This document shows positions 28,139 through 39,600 of a stretch of 60,202 nt of DNA, one piece after another. The notes under the pieces were generated by a model that was not told the origin of the DNA, made no database searches, and saw nothing but the letters and a program-made list of their open reading frames with translations. The stretch covers positions 1 through 60,202 of the IMG/VR virus record IMGVR_UViG_3300004369_000751. One strand, 5' to 3'. Source of the stretch: a virus (lineage: Duplodnaviria > Caudoviricetes). The translations under genes were made by a program, and so were the position numbers. Within the stretch, counting starts at the first letter, position 1, and each line of letters begins with the position of its first letter.

Positions 28139-29824
28139 ATGGCAACATCATCACTTTACTATTTGAATTCTTCATCGTTTGCTTCTGCAACTGCTGTATT
28201 TACGGATTCTGCTCTTACCACCTTGGCACCGGATGGGTGGTTTTCATTCGGTGGTATCGTAAGGCAACAAATAGGGGGTGTGCTACAGCCGGCAATACCT
28301 TGCCCATCTTGCTTCATTGATTGTGATAATCAGTTGGCGCATTCGGGAGACGATGGCATCTACAATGTTACCTTCAACACAGGGTTTAATGTCGGTGCCA
28401 TCATCATTAGATTCAATCCCAATAATGTGCCGGATGGATTCTTGGCAACGTATGATGGGGTAGACTACAACGGACTTGTGTCTCCGGCGGATGGTTGGTT
28501 GCAAGGTGGCGTGGCCGGTGAACCATCGTACATTGGCAGAACGGCTGATGATTGTGGTATATCGGGGACTACGTATGTCCTTGACAACTATCGGTTCCAA
28601 GGGGGCAGCTTTATTTTCGATGGCACCACTCCGAGTGTCACTGTCAATCCGCTGTCTGTGGATACCACAGTTGGTAATCCCGGAAACTGCGTGATGGTGA
28701 TACCAAAGGTGAACGCATCTCCTTCTTCTTTGTACCTTCAGATTGTATCTCCTTGCCCATCCGGTGCTTTCACTGTTGAGGTTGAGTGCCCGGCTTTGTT
28801 GCAAGGGTTTGCCTCAAGCAATGTAAATGGCTCCTCTACTGCTGCGTGCAATGATATCTTGGACCAAACGTACTACGTTGCTCACGTCAATGGGTCGGGA
28901 GGACTTTTGCTATTATATGACTATGTGTTTGCTGATGCTTATGGTCAGACACCCTTGTCGGCAGGATTCTACAATGTTTCAGGGATGAGTCTCCTTTATG
29001 ATTGGATTCAAGTTGATGCCAATGGTGTTGTAATAGGATTTGGAAGCTGCTCATATGAGGACAACTATTTAGTTCGCAGGTGTGGAGATAATCTTGAGAT
29101 TGTTGTCTACTCTGCATCGGCTCTTACTCCCGGCCAACTGATAAGCGTGAACGAGGCTGTCTATGCCGGATGTAGATTTACAGTGGTTGGGCCACAAGCT
29201 ACTCAAGCCGATGCCACTTTTAATGCTGTTATTCCGGGCACTTGCGAGAATGTATGTGTGTATTGGGAAGCGACAAGCAACTTTGAGGTTGGGAATGTGA
29301 ACTTAAACTTTGTTGATTGCTTTGGTGTGCCACAGGTTTACTCCTTGGGCCCCGGCGAAACATACAACTTCTGTGCAAGGGCTACGAGCTACGTGTCTCC
29401 GGAGGGAGTAACGAGCGTTATTGATAGCTGTGAATGCCCTGCTATTTATTACTACCAAGTAACGCGTTGTGGAGATGGCCTTTCTGTCATTATTGATTCG
29501 ACTACAGTGTTGAATCCGGGGGATGTGGTTTCCATTACAGGATACTCAGGTTGCTACTTCGAGGTTGTATCATCTTCGGCCCTTGCTCCTACGGAGTCAT
29601 TTGTTTCTCTTGAGCCGACAACGTGCAGTGAGGTGTGTGTGCTGATGTCGTTTCAGAATGTGAGCGGTGTTCCATCCACAATTAGTTGGACCGGATGTGA
29701 TGACCTTCCTTACTCTTACACGCTATCTGATTCGCAGACCATATTACGCTGCGTTAAGGGTGGTGTTTACACTGCGCCCGGAGGAATTGTTGTAACTTTG
29801 TCAAACTGTAACTGCGGAGTATAA
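28139..29824 (+). CDS. Cys-rich repeat structural / receptor-binding candidate
   Basis: Repeated Y.V.RCGD...C.F.VV...TC..VCV...DC...C modules. Confidence 0.7.
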   Translation: MATSSLYYLNSSSFASATAVFTDSALTTLAPDGWFSFGGIVRQQIGGVLQPAIPCPSCFIDCDNQLAHSGDDGIYNVTFNTGFNVGAIIIRFNPNNVPDGFLATYDGVDYNGLVSPADGWLQGGVAGEPSYIGRTADDCGISGTTYVLDNYRFQGGSFIFDGTTPSVTVNPLSVDTTVGNPGNCVMVIPKVNASPSSLYLQIVSPCPSGAFTVEVECPALLQGFASSNVNGSSTAACNDILDQTYYVAHVNGSGGLLLLYDYVFADAYGQTPLSAGFYNVSGMSLLYDWIQVDANGVVIGFGSCSYEDNYLVRRCGDNLEIVVYSASALTPGQLISVNEAVYAGCRFTVVGPQATQADATFNAVIPGTCENVCVYWEATSNFEVGNVNLNFVDCFGVPQVYSLGPGETYNFCARATSYVSPEGVTSVIDSCECPAIYYYQVTRCGDGLSVIIDSTTVLNPGDVVSITGYSGCYFEVVSSSALAPTESFVSLEPTTCSEVCVLMSFQNVSGVPSTISWTGCDDLPYSYTLSDSQTILRCVKGGVYTAPGGIVVTLSNCNCGV

Positions 29825-30630
29825 TGCCTATCTACACTCTTTCATATGACCCCGGGGTACAAGGATGGCCATCCTTTTACTCGTTTGAGCCTGATTGGAT
29901 GATTGGGATGAACAACTATTTCTATACCTTCAAGGGTGGGAATCTGTACCGGCACAATGTAAACGCAGTAAGGAACAACTTCTATGGCGTTCAGTACACC
30001 TCAAAGATAAAGAGCGTGTTTAATGCTGAGGTGTTGAAGAACAAGCTGTTCAAGACCTTATCATTGCAAGGTGATGACAGTTGGTCTGCCGAGTTGGACA
30101 CCGACATTCAGGACACAGGCTTCATTCAGAAGTCTTGGTTTGAGAAGAAGGAGCAGACCTACTTTGCTTTTGTTCGCAACTCGGGAACCATACCGGCAAA
30201 CCCGGCTCAGAACTATCCCTTGCGGTCTTTAAATGGTATTGGTAGGAGCGTTACTGTTTCGGGGCCTCCCGGGGCTACGGTGATATCGTTCTCGATTAAC
30301 CCATTGATTTCTATTGGAGGAATCATAAGCATTGGTGATGCTTTGTACTTTGCTTTGCCTCCCACGTACTCAACTCCGTTGTTGGCCGGTGAGGTTACTG
30401 CTGTTAATGTAGACCTTCCAAACGGAATCAATCAGATTGTTATTGACACCACGATACCGGGGACCACGCCGATTGGTATTCAGGACCCATACTTCTTGTT
30501 CATTAAGAATGCTGTGGCTGAGTCCCATGGTGTGTTGGGTCATTACTGCATATTTACTCTTGAGAACAACTCCACTTTTGCTGTAGAATTGTTTCAAGCG
30601 GAGAGTGATATTATGTTCAGCTATCCATAA
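29824..30630 (+). CDS. Nozzle / stabilisation protein C-terminal-like part
   Basis: TLSY...GWPSFYSFEPDWMIGMNNYFYTFKGGNLYRHN...KLFKTLSL...KKEQTYFA. Confidence 0.65.
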   Translation: MPIYTLSYDPGVQGWPSFYSFEPDWMIGMNNYFYTFKGGNLYRHNVNAVRNNFYGVQYTSKIKSVFNAEVLKNKLFKTLSLQGDDSWSAELDTDIQDTGFIQKSWFEKKEQTYFAFVRNSGTIPANPAQNYPLRSLNGIGRSVTVSGPPGATVISFSINPLISIGGIISIGDALYFALPPTYSTPLLAGEVTAVNVDLPNGINQIVIDTTIPGTTPIGIQDPYFLFIKNAVAESHGVLGHYCIFTLENNSTFAVELFQAESDIMFSYP

Positions 30631-30653
30631 AAACACTTATCTTTGTGGTAACT

Positions 30654-31055
30654 ATGCTTGATATTAGAGCTATAACTCATGAAGACTATGACGGCATTCT
30701 TGTCAATTGGTGGAAAGATTGGGGGTGGACTCCGCCCACAAGGGACTTCTTGCCTTTAAACGGCACAGGTGGCCTGATGGTTTTTGATGGTGACACTCCG
30801 GTGTGCGCCGGATTTATCTATGCCACCAACTCGGCGGTTGCTTGGGTTGATTGGATTATCTCCAACAAGAACTATCGGGACAAGAGGGCAGAGGCCATTG
30901 AGCTGTTGTTGTCATCTCTTACGAGTGTTGCTCAAGGCTCGGGTGCCAAGATTGCGTATGCTCTCATAAAGCATCAAGGGTTGATATCATCATACGAGAA
31001 GTTTGGATACATAAAGGGAGATTCCTACAATACCGAAATGATTAAAGTTTTTTAA
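30654..31055 (+). CDS. GNAT-like acetyltransferase-fold protein (T7 gp13-like position)
   Basis: PVCAGFIY...WVDWIISN...YEKFGY; -7 TATCTTTG at 30638-30645 favours ATG 30654. Confidence 0.6.
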   Translation: MLDIRAITHEDYDGILVNWWKDWGWTPPTRDFLPLNGTGGLMVFDGDTPVCAGFIYATNSAVAWVDWIISNKNYRDKRAEAIELLLSSLTSVAQGSGAKIAYALIKHQGLISSYEKFGYIKGDSYNTEMIKVF

Positions 31056-31056
31056 T

Positions 31057-31887
31057 ATGGCAGGATTTACAACAATAGCAGCAGGCGTAGGGTTGGCCGC
31101 AACAGCGGCGAGTACAGCTATGTCTTTTTCTCAAGCGGCAGAGCAGAACAGCATTAAGAACAAGGCTGAGGCTGAGGCTGAAAAGGCTTTGGCTGAGGCT
31201 AAGAAGCGTCTTGATGTTAACGTGTACGAGGCATTGGATGTGAACTTGGATGCATTCCGCAGACAGCAAGAGGGTTTGTTGTCGGCTGCGGCCCAAGCTA
31301 CTGCTGCCGGTGCTGAGTCTGAGAGGGGCGTTGCGGCCACTGCCGGCCGGGTTCAAGCAGGTGTTAATGATGCCATGGCCGGAATTCGGGAGGCTGAGGT
31401 TTCTAAGTTGGAGGAGTTGGAGCGATTGACTGCCGGGGAGGAGAGCAGGCTTAAGGACATTGGGGCACAGATTAGTCTTGATGAAGCTGCCGGTGCTCAG
31501 GCTGCTGCTGCAAATGCTGCGGAGATGGAGCAGATGGCTTTAGCTCAGGGTATGGAGGGTGTTACCTCTGCCATTGGCCAAGCTGCTGAGATGGTTCCTT
31601 TGTTTGCTAAGACTAAGGGAGCGCGGCAAGCAGGACGATTGAAGCGTCAATTTGAAAGGGGTCAAAAGAAAGGTGTTGTGGCCGACCAATATAAGGGTGC
31701 AGGTTTTGCAAGTTCAGCTATTGATGCAGCAATAGGGAAGGGCATTGGTGTCCCTGAAAAATTGGATGATTTTAGAGCTTTGCAAAGAGGCGGAGTTGAG
31801 TTTCAAAATTGGTTAAGCCAAAGAACCCCCGATGAGTTTAATACTATAATGTCAAGTTTAGGATTAAGCGCACGACAATTTAGATAA
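31057..31887 (+). CDS. Internal virion / ejection protein
   Basis: Ala/Gln-rich helical protein with a hydrophobic Ala/Gly N-terminus. Confidence 0.65.
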   Translation: MAGFTTIAAGVGLAATAASTAMSFSQAAEQNSIKNKAEAEAEKALAEAKKRLDVNVYEALDVNLDAFRRQQEGLLSAAAQATAAGAESERGVAATAGRVQAGVNDAMAGIREAEVSKLEELERLTAGEESRLKDIGAQISLDEAAGAQAAAANAAEMEQMALAQGMEGVTSAIGQAAEMVPLFAKTKGARQAGRLKRQFERGQKKGVVADQYKGAGFASSAIDAAIGKGIGVPEKLDDFRALQRGGVEFQNWLSQRTPDEFNTIMSSLGLSARQFR

Positions 31888-31890
31888 TCT

Positions 31891-33639
31891 ATGGCAACAT
31901 TCTATAAGTACGCAGAGAGAAACGCTCAGTCGCAAATAAATTGGGCTGAGGTTGGTCGCAACATCACCGATACCTTAAAGGAGGAGGCAAGGCTGCGTGA
32001 AGAAAAGATTGCAGCTATTGATGAGAACACAAGGCAGCTCGGCCTTACCCTTGAAAATAACATACAAGGGGAGCACGAAGGGCTGAACCAATGGTCATTG
32101 GACTACGCATCAAAAGCTCAGCAGATGAGGTTGATTCAAGACAGGCTTTTGAGGTCGGGTCAACTCAATGTTAAAGACTACACCAAGATGAGACAGAACC
32201 TATCGGATGGTACCGATGGAATCTTTGCTGCTCTTGAGGAGTATCAGACAGAGTACTCAGGCAAGATGGAGCGTTATAGAAATGGGGATTCTCAACCATT
32301 AGAGCAGTGGCTTATGGCTCAAGCTGAAGGACTTGCTAATTTTTCCGAATACAAACCGGTGATTGATTCGATGTCAAGCGAGGTGTTTATAGCCAAGATG
32401 AAAGATGGAAAGATTGACGAAGACCCCAACAACTACCTTTCTGTGAGTACTCTTCGCAACAGGATTAAAGGTAAGTTTGATAGGTTCAAGACCGATGACT
32501 ATGCTGAGAAAATTGCTTCGGGGTTTGGTGTTGAAACTCTTGAGGTTGCAAAAAAAATGGGGACAACTTGGGGTAAGATTATTTCTAAAGAAGGAGTAAG
32601 GGGAACTGTAAACCTAAGCCCGAAAGACCAAGCTGCTATTGATGCTTATGATATAGCGGAAAATGCTGCTGTATCATCTGCTCTTACGAATCCATACAAC
32701 TTTACATCTATCCTTAGCGACAATGGGTATACCTTTACTTTTAACCCAACAGAAGCACAAAATAACGATAAGCTAATTCTTTTGAAGAACGACCCTAAGA
32801 ATGGGTATCCGGTACCGGATACAGGAGCTACGAATTACAAAAGTCAAATGGGTGAAGCCGACAAGCTACTACGAAACATCATCCGCTCGAAGATGGATAA
32901 GAAGACGAATGAAAAGACATTCGGAATTGGTCAAGTTACTCCTCGGCAACCAGCCCCAAAATCACAAGGAGATATAGCAGCAGAGGCCAATACAAGTATG
33001 ATTGGAAGGTTGTACACAGGTGGGCAAAATTTGCAAACAGCATTGGATTATTTTAGAGGTAGATTGCCTGAAGGAACTAAAATAAATAGAGATGGAGATG
33101 GCATTACAATAATAGATGCAAATGGAAACAAGAAAAAAATAGGTTTTTATAATACGGATGGAACCCCAAGAAATCAAGCACAATTTATAGAAGCAGCATC
33201 ATCAGCACTTTTAGATGACTCTGAGAGTAAAAATGTTATTGGCCTTGTACTGAAAGGTGGGTATAGCGAAGGGGAGTTTGACCCTACTACAACAGGGTCT
33301 GCTTCTGTGCAAAAGCCAAAGACAATTACTGAAAAGCATAGGTCGCGTGTAAGTGGAATTCAAATTCCTCAAGACAGTGAAGCAGCATCTGTTTCTTATT
33401 TAGAATCACAATTTGGTGCAGCAGGATTTAAATTTGAAGAAGCAGGATTTGATTACCCGGGGTCTCCTAATAAAATAAAAATAACTGATGTCGATGGAGA
33501 ATCACAAGATTTTGAAACAACTGATGCCGCAGGAATAAAAGCATTCCTTAATAATAAATTTAATCCAACAAAGGCTAATGTATCGGGGTATTCCGCGGAT
33601 TTGAATGAAAGTGGGAGCGTAGATTATAGAACTAAGTAA
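31891..33639 (+). CDS. Internal virion / ejection protein
   Basis: Position between the small ejection protein and the giant protein. Confidence 0.6.
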   Translation: MATFYKYAERNAQSQINWAEVGRNITDTLKEEARLREEKIAAIDENTRQLGLTLENNIQGEHEGLNQWSLDYASKAQQMRLIQDRLLRSGQLNVKDYTKMRQNLSDGTDGIFAALEEYQTEYSGKMERYRNGDSQPLEQWLMAQAEGLANFSEYKPVIDSMSSEVFIAKMKDGKIDEDPNNYLSVSTLRNRIKGKFDRFKTDDYAEKIASGFGVETLEVAKKMGTTWGKIISKEGVRGTVNLSPKDQAAIDAYDIAENAAVSSALTNPYNFTSILSDNGYTFTFNPTEAQNNDKLILLKNDPKNGYPVPDTGATNYKSQMGEADKLLRNIIRSKMDKKTNEKTFGIGQVTPRQPAPKSQGDIAAEANTSMIGRLYTGGQNLQTALDYFRGRLPEGTKINRDGDGITIIDANGNKKKIGFYNTDGTPRNQAQFIEAASSALLDDSESKNVIGLVLKGGYSEGEFDPTTTGSASVQKPKTITEKHRSRVSGIQIPQDSEAASVSYLESQFGAAGFKFEEAGFDYPGSPNKIKITDVDGESQDFETTDAAGIKAFLNNKFNPTKANVSGYSADLNESGSVDYRTK

Positions 33640-33670
33640 TTAATCAAACACAATTTAGTAACTTTGTAGT

Positions 33671-36600
33671 ATGGATGAACAGGTGCTACAGGACCTTTAT
33701 GCAAGGGCCCAATCATTAGGATACAAAAAAGGAATAGAAGACTTTCGTACTCTAATCCAAACAGACCCAAGTGTACAAGACGATAACTTCGCCTACGTAC
33801 AAAGCAGAGGGTACAAGAAAACCAAAGAAGAATTCTTGGGCCTATTGGGGATGAACCAATCCACAAGCACCATCCCATTAAAAAAAAAAGAGTCAGCCCC
33901 AAGTACGGAATCGTTATCGGGCGATGGTTCATTGGGGCAATCTTTGCCGGAGATTACAAAGAAGACTCTCAGTAAAATTGGCATAGAGCCACAGCCACAA
34001 TCAAAGCCAAAAGAAGACCCACTTCGGTTTAACCAAATGCCCCCTCAAATGCAAGTTGAGGAGGCTTTCAAAATCATACAAGGGAAAGGATACCAAGGCA
34101 CAAAGGAAGACTTCATTGCCGAGTATGGAATCCAAGTCCCCCAAACCCAAGAAGAGGAGTACAAGAACAAGGACATCTTTGCTCAGAATATCCGGAATGC
34201 CTACAGCAGTGCACTTCGATACTCTCCTCAAAAGAAGGAGGTGGTTGCTCCGGCCAAGGCTGAGCCAACACTCATGGAGCAAACCAAAGAACAGTTTGCC
34301 GAGCAGTTCCCCAAGACCATAGAGCGAATAAAGAAAGCACCCGAAGAGGCCGAGCGAGATAAGGGATTCTTAGAGACTGTTAAGAAGGGTGAACGTGAGG
34401 CTGAGTTAGCTCAGATTCAGACCAACGACCAAGACGAAGAGTTTTTGCGTTTGGTATCCGGGGTTGACAACCTGTACATAAAAGGAGCTTCAGAGGAGAG
34501 AGCAGAAAGGGAGCTAAACGAAAGATTCAAGAAGTACGGAATAGTGTTTGCCCAATCTAAGGCAGGCCGAGACGTGCTGATTGCTCGCACAGCAGATGGG
34601 AAGAAGAGCATTGAGGTGCCCCTTGCAGCGTCAACTTCTGACTACAACTCAAAAAGACTCAGAGACTTTATCATACAGAACGGAAAGGCTCAGACTGAGT
34701 CCATGTCTGAGGACTTTATTACTAAGTCATTGCGTGCACAGAATATGCGCCGCGTTGGTAGGCTCAACAAGGATGGCAGTGCATCAACTGTAGAGTTTAT
34801 GTCCTTTGAGCAGGACGGCAAGTTCCTTGTGGCTCCAACCCTATTCCCAAAGGACAAGCTCAACTACGGCGCAGACCCGAGAGGATGGATGAAGTTGGAG
34901 CCGGCAAAAGCAATTGAAGAGGCCCGGGCAAGAGGTGAGCTGTTTGAGTTTAAAACCAAGGCCGAGGCAGAACGATTTGCAGAAGGTGCTTGGAAGGATG
35001 TAACCATGTCAGATTTAGAGGGGCAGAAGTTCTTCCAAGAGCGTGGCTTAGACTACTTTGATTACAAGAACAGAAGGGACGAGATGTTGTCTATCGACAA
35101 GGAGCAGGCCCTGATTGAGAATGTGAGTGGTGCCATTAAGAGAGGTGAAATCACAAACGCGAAGCAGTACTTTTCAAAGAAACTTTCACCGGAGGAGGCC
35201 ATCAAGTACTCCTACCTTTTGAATGGTAACAACCTTCGCCCCGACTTGGAGTCATACGTTCAGAAACGTCAGCAACAAAAGAACGAGCTTTATACCCAAG
35301 TGGAGGACCGCACTTTCTTTAACGATGGGAAGGTTCAAACAACATTTGAGGACTTCGATGTTTACCTTAACAAGAAGTCTGAGGAGTCAAAGAAAAAGGC
35401 TGAAGAAGCGAACAAGATAGCAAAGGAGAAGTACGAAGAGCTGAACGCCGTATCAATGGAGGCTTTTGGTGTTCCGGCAGCACAGCTTATGACCTACAAG
35501 CCGAAGACTCAAGATGAGGTGAACGTGATAAACGACATCAAGCAAAGGATGTCAGCCCTTGTTGACCTACAAAAAGTAGCTGCTGAAAGGTACTACGCTT
35601 CATCTACGTTCTTTGATTCCAAGCTAAACAAGGCTGCTCGCAACGAGTACGATGAGAACATGTCCGCTTGGTGGAGCGAGTTTAATTCTGCTTGGGCCCG
35701 AGGTGAGGCCGGGGCACAGTTGATGAAGACAATCATGGGCGTGAACTCTGTTGAAGAGGCAGGTCAGTTGATTTCAGAGGCTATGCAAGATGCAGAGGGT
35801 GGCACTCGTAGCCGAGCTTTCCAAACTTTTATGTCTGCCGGTGCTTTATCTGAAGATGATGAAAGAGCTGCAAGGGCTTTTTGGTCTGACCCATTTGAGA
35901 TATTAACAAACTTAGTGGCTACGAGTTTTGCTCAGCTTCTTCCTATAGGGTTTAGGATTGTGCCTGCTACAACCGTTGCCGGTGGTCTCACAGGTGCCGG
36001 AATTTCTGCCGCAACAACAGGCGGTTTTGGAACTTTCGGAGGTGCAGTTTCAGGGTTAAAGTATGGTTTTCAAACGGGTATGGAAATGGCGAACTTTGCC
36101 ATGGAGTACACCAACTCATTCTTTGAGGCAGCTCAAGAAAGAGGGTATGACGTGAAGGACCCCGAACAGTTTGTCAAGGCTTACGCTGACGATGCAGTTT
36201 GGAATGAGACCAACAACATTGGTATTCGAAGGGGATTGGCTATTGGTGGAGTTGGATTGATGTCGAGCAGTCTTGCCGGCAAGGTGTTTAAGGTTAGCAA
36301 ACTCGCATCCAAGGCTCAGAAGGTAGGAACATTCGTTGCGGAGCGTGCTGTTTTTGACCCCTTAATGGAGGGTGCCGGAGAGCTGTTAGCTCAAGAGTGG
36401 TCTACCGGAACGTATGACCTAAAGGAGATTGAGGGTGAGATGATGGGTGGTATTGGCAACAATGCCATCTCTGCCGGATTTAACATAGCTACATCGGCAT
36501 TAAAGAACACCAACATTGATTATGCGAACACGCTTACTGACATCTCTGCTGTTGCTGAGGAGTCTGCGAGTGATGAGCGCATATCAAATTGGGCTGCGAA

Positions 36601-39600
36601 TATGCGGAGGCTTGGTCAGATTGATGCTGAGACTGAGCAGAGGATTCAGAGGAATGTTGGATTGAGAAGGGAGTCCAAGGACTTGTTGTCTGTTGGTGAC
36701 AATGGAAAGATAGCTTCAAAGGATTCCAAGCTACAAGCAAGGATGATGGAGCTGATGGCTGCACGCGATGAGATGTCATCTACGGACAACCGTCGTGAGG
36801 TGTACCGAAACTACATAGCTCAGGTGAACGAGGAGCTGAGGGAGATTGCAGAGACCAAGAAACTCCGGGCCCCGGAGAATGCTGTGAACCTTTCTACCAT
36901 GAATGCTCCTACGTCAGCACCCGGCATACCTAAGTACAGCATCAATGGTCGCTCTATGACCAAGGCAAACTTTATGGATGCCGTTGGAAAGATGTCGAAG
37001 TCAAGGTTTATGCGTTCTCGCATTGTTGTTGACAATGATGAGGCTACCACCGGTGAGCTGAACCAAAAACTTATAGACAAAGGATTCATAACTAAACCAA
37101 AGACAGATGCCATTCAAGAGCAAAGCGCAGCGCAGGTATCTCCACAAGTTTCAGCCGCAGTTGGCGAAGGAGTGGGAGAGCAAGTACCCGGTCAAGAAGA
37201 AGTTGCCGGAGAAGTTGAACAAGAGCGTCTCCTCGAAGAGACGCAACAGCAAGTAGAGCAAAGTCGTGGTAGGCTGAGTGAGTTAGAGGCTGCTATTCCG
37301 GCGGCTATGGAGGTTACTCCGGAGGTTCTTGTTCAGGCAACCAACAATGAGTTGGCACCCGAGCAGTTGGATGGGGTGTTGTCCTCTATTGCTGACGATA
37401 TCATATCTGAGACTGAGCTAAGTCCTGAGCAGGACGCGTTGGTATCTGCGAACAAGGCCCGGGTTGATGAGTTGGTTTCATTGAAGTCTGAGCAGGAGGC
37501 GTTGAGCTCCGAGGTCAATGACTTGGAAACTATGCTGAGTCAAAGTGGTGGGTTTCAGTTCCGGGCCGGGGATGGTGTTAAAACCACAAGGGATGCAGCT
37601 TGGGATTCTAAGACTAAGGAGGAGCTTCCGGCTTCGAGCTTTGAGAGTGACGAGGCTTTTCAATCTACTATTCGCGATGGTCAGTGGGGTATGCTTACTG
37701 CGGAGAATCCTGATGCAACACAAGTATCTGATGCGGAGAATAAACAAGTAAATGAGCGTGCGGAGGAGTGGTTACGTAGCCGGGGATACAATCCTCAGCG
37801 AATCTTTGGGAAGTATGGCAACTCTGAGAACAGCTTTTTTGTTGAGGGGTTAAGCACAGAGGATGCTGTTGAGTTTGCCCGGGAGTTTTCTCAAGAGAGC
37901 GTAGCTACGGATAAGGGTCTTGTGTATCAAGATGGCAAGATGAATCCAAGGCAGAAGGGTCAAGAGACTTTTGCTCCGGCAGATGATTTTTACAGCACGA
38001 TTAAGATTGGTGACAAGCTGTCTGACTTCTCTGTATCGTATGACTTTGATGAAAAAACAGAGAGCGGAGTTAAGCCTGCTCCAAAGAAAGAAGGGAAAAC
38101 CGCTGTTGAGGGGGAGATTACTTTATATCATTCTACGCCAAGTAATTTTACTGAATTTAGAGTTATTGGGGAGAATGACGGAAAGACAGAATCTCAGTAT
38201 ACAGAACTTGGTATACACTTAGGAACTGAGGAGCAAGCTAAAAAAAGAGCCGAAACAAAGAGAATACCAAAAGAAAAACAAAGAATAATAAAAGTTAAAA
38301 TCAATCCTAAAAAAGTAATAAGAGTTACTGATAAGGGGAGGTGGACTTTATCTACATACAAAAACATACTTTTTGAGTTAGGCTTAATACAAGATAAAAA
38401 AGAAATCAAATCTTTTGAAGATGTTTTAGCGGTTCTAAAAGACAATAATATTGATGCCTTTGTTTACGATAATAAGTATGAAGGTAAAGGGGATTCTTAT
38501 ATTGTTTTTGATAATAAAAATATAGAAATAGAGCAATCCACCGGGGAGAATCCCTTGCAAGATGTGGAGAGTACAACTAAGGCGTTGGAGGGCGTGGATA
38601 CAACCATTATTGAAAAACCTTTTGGTGTAATGTATCATGGTACTGCAAGTCAATTTGATTTACCAAGCAAAAAAGAAATTGGAAAAGGTATAGGAGTATC
38701 AAAATTTGGAGAAGGATTTTACGTAACAACATCTAAAGAATCTGTAGATAAATATTATGGGTTAATAGCAGCCGCAAACTCAGCATTTCAAGATTTATAT
38801 CCTGATTCAGCTTCAATGTCAAACGCAAAAGAAACAAATTCATTTTTTAATCTGCAAATGCTTTATGATGCGTTACTTATTGATGGCACAAAAGAATCTG
38901 CATTAAAATCAGTAAAGAATAATCTTTCAGGGAAAAAAGCTGAAGCTGCTATAAAGTTAATTAACAATACATTTGATAAATTAAAAGTAAAAAAATTCAC
39001 ATTAAATAACGATAATATTGTAGATTTTGACCAACCCATTGCAGGGTCAAAATTTGATAGTGTTATTGATGAAAAGGATAGACCGGAAACATTTGGTGAA
39101 TTATTTGAAGATTTAGTAGAAGGAAACATAATACAAAATTATTTCGGTGAATATAAAAAAGGGTTTGATGAAAAAAGTGCAATAAGAAAAGCAACAAAAA
39201 TTTTAAAAGGTTATGGAATAGATGGGCTATCGTACAATACTAAAAAAGTAATCAATGAAGAATTAAAACTACCATATGATGTAAAAGGGGAAAAAGATTA
39301 CGTTATTTTTAATACCTCTGTTTTAAAACCATTTACCAATAAAAACATCGCCCAAGCCTACCACAAAGCCAAGGCAGACAATTCAAACCCTGAATTAGTA
39401 AAGGCGGTAGAAAGTTTATTTGGTGCTCCAAAGTCCGGGCCTCAGACACGCATTGACACAAAGTTAGAGCAGGTCCAAGAGATTGATGAGAATGCTGAGC
39501 TCGAAAGAATCGTTGGTGAAATGAATGAGTTGGATAGTCCACTCGTAGACACATCTGCCCAAATTGAATCAACAGAAGGTGCTTCAACAGATGTTCAAGA

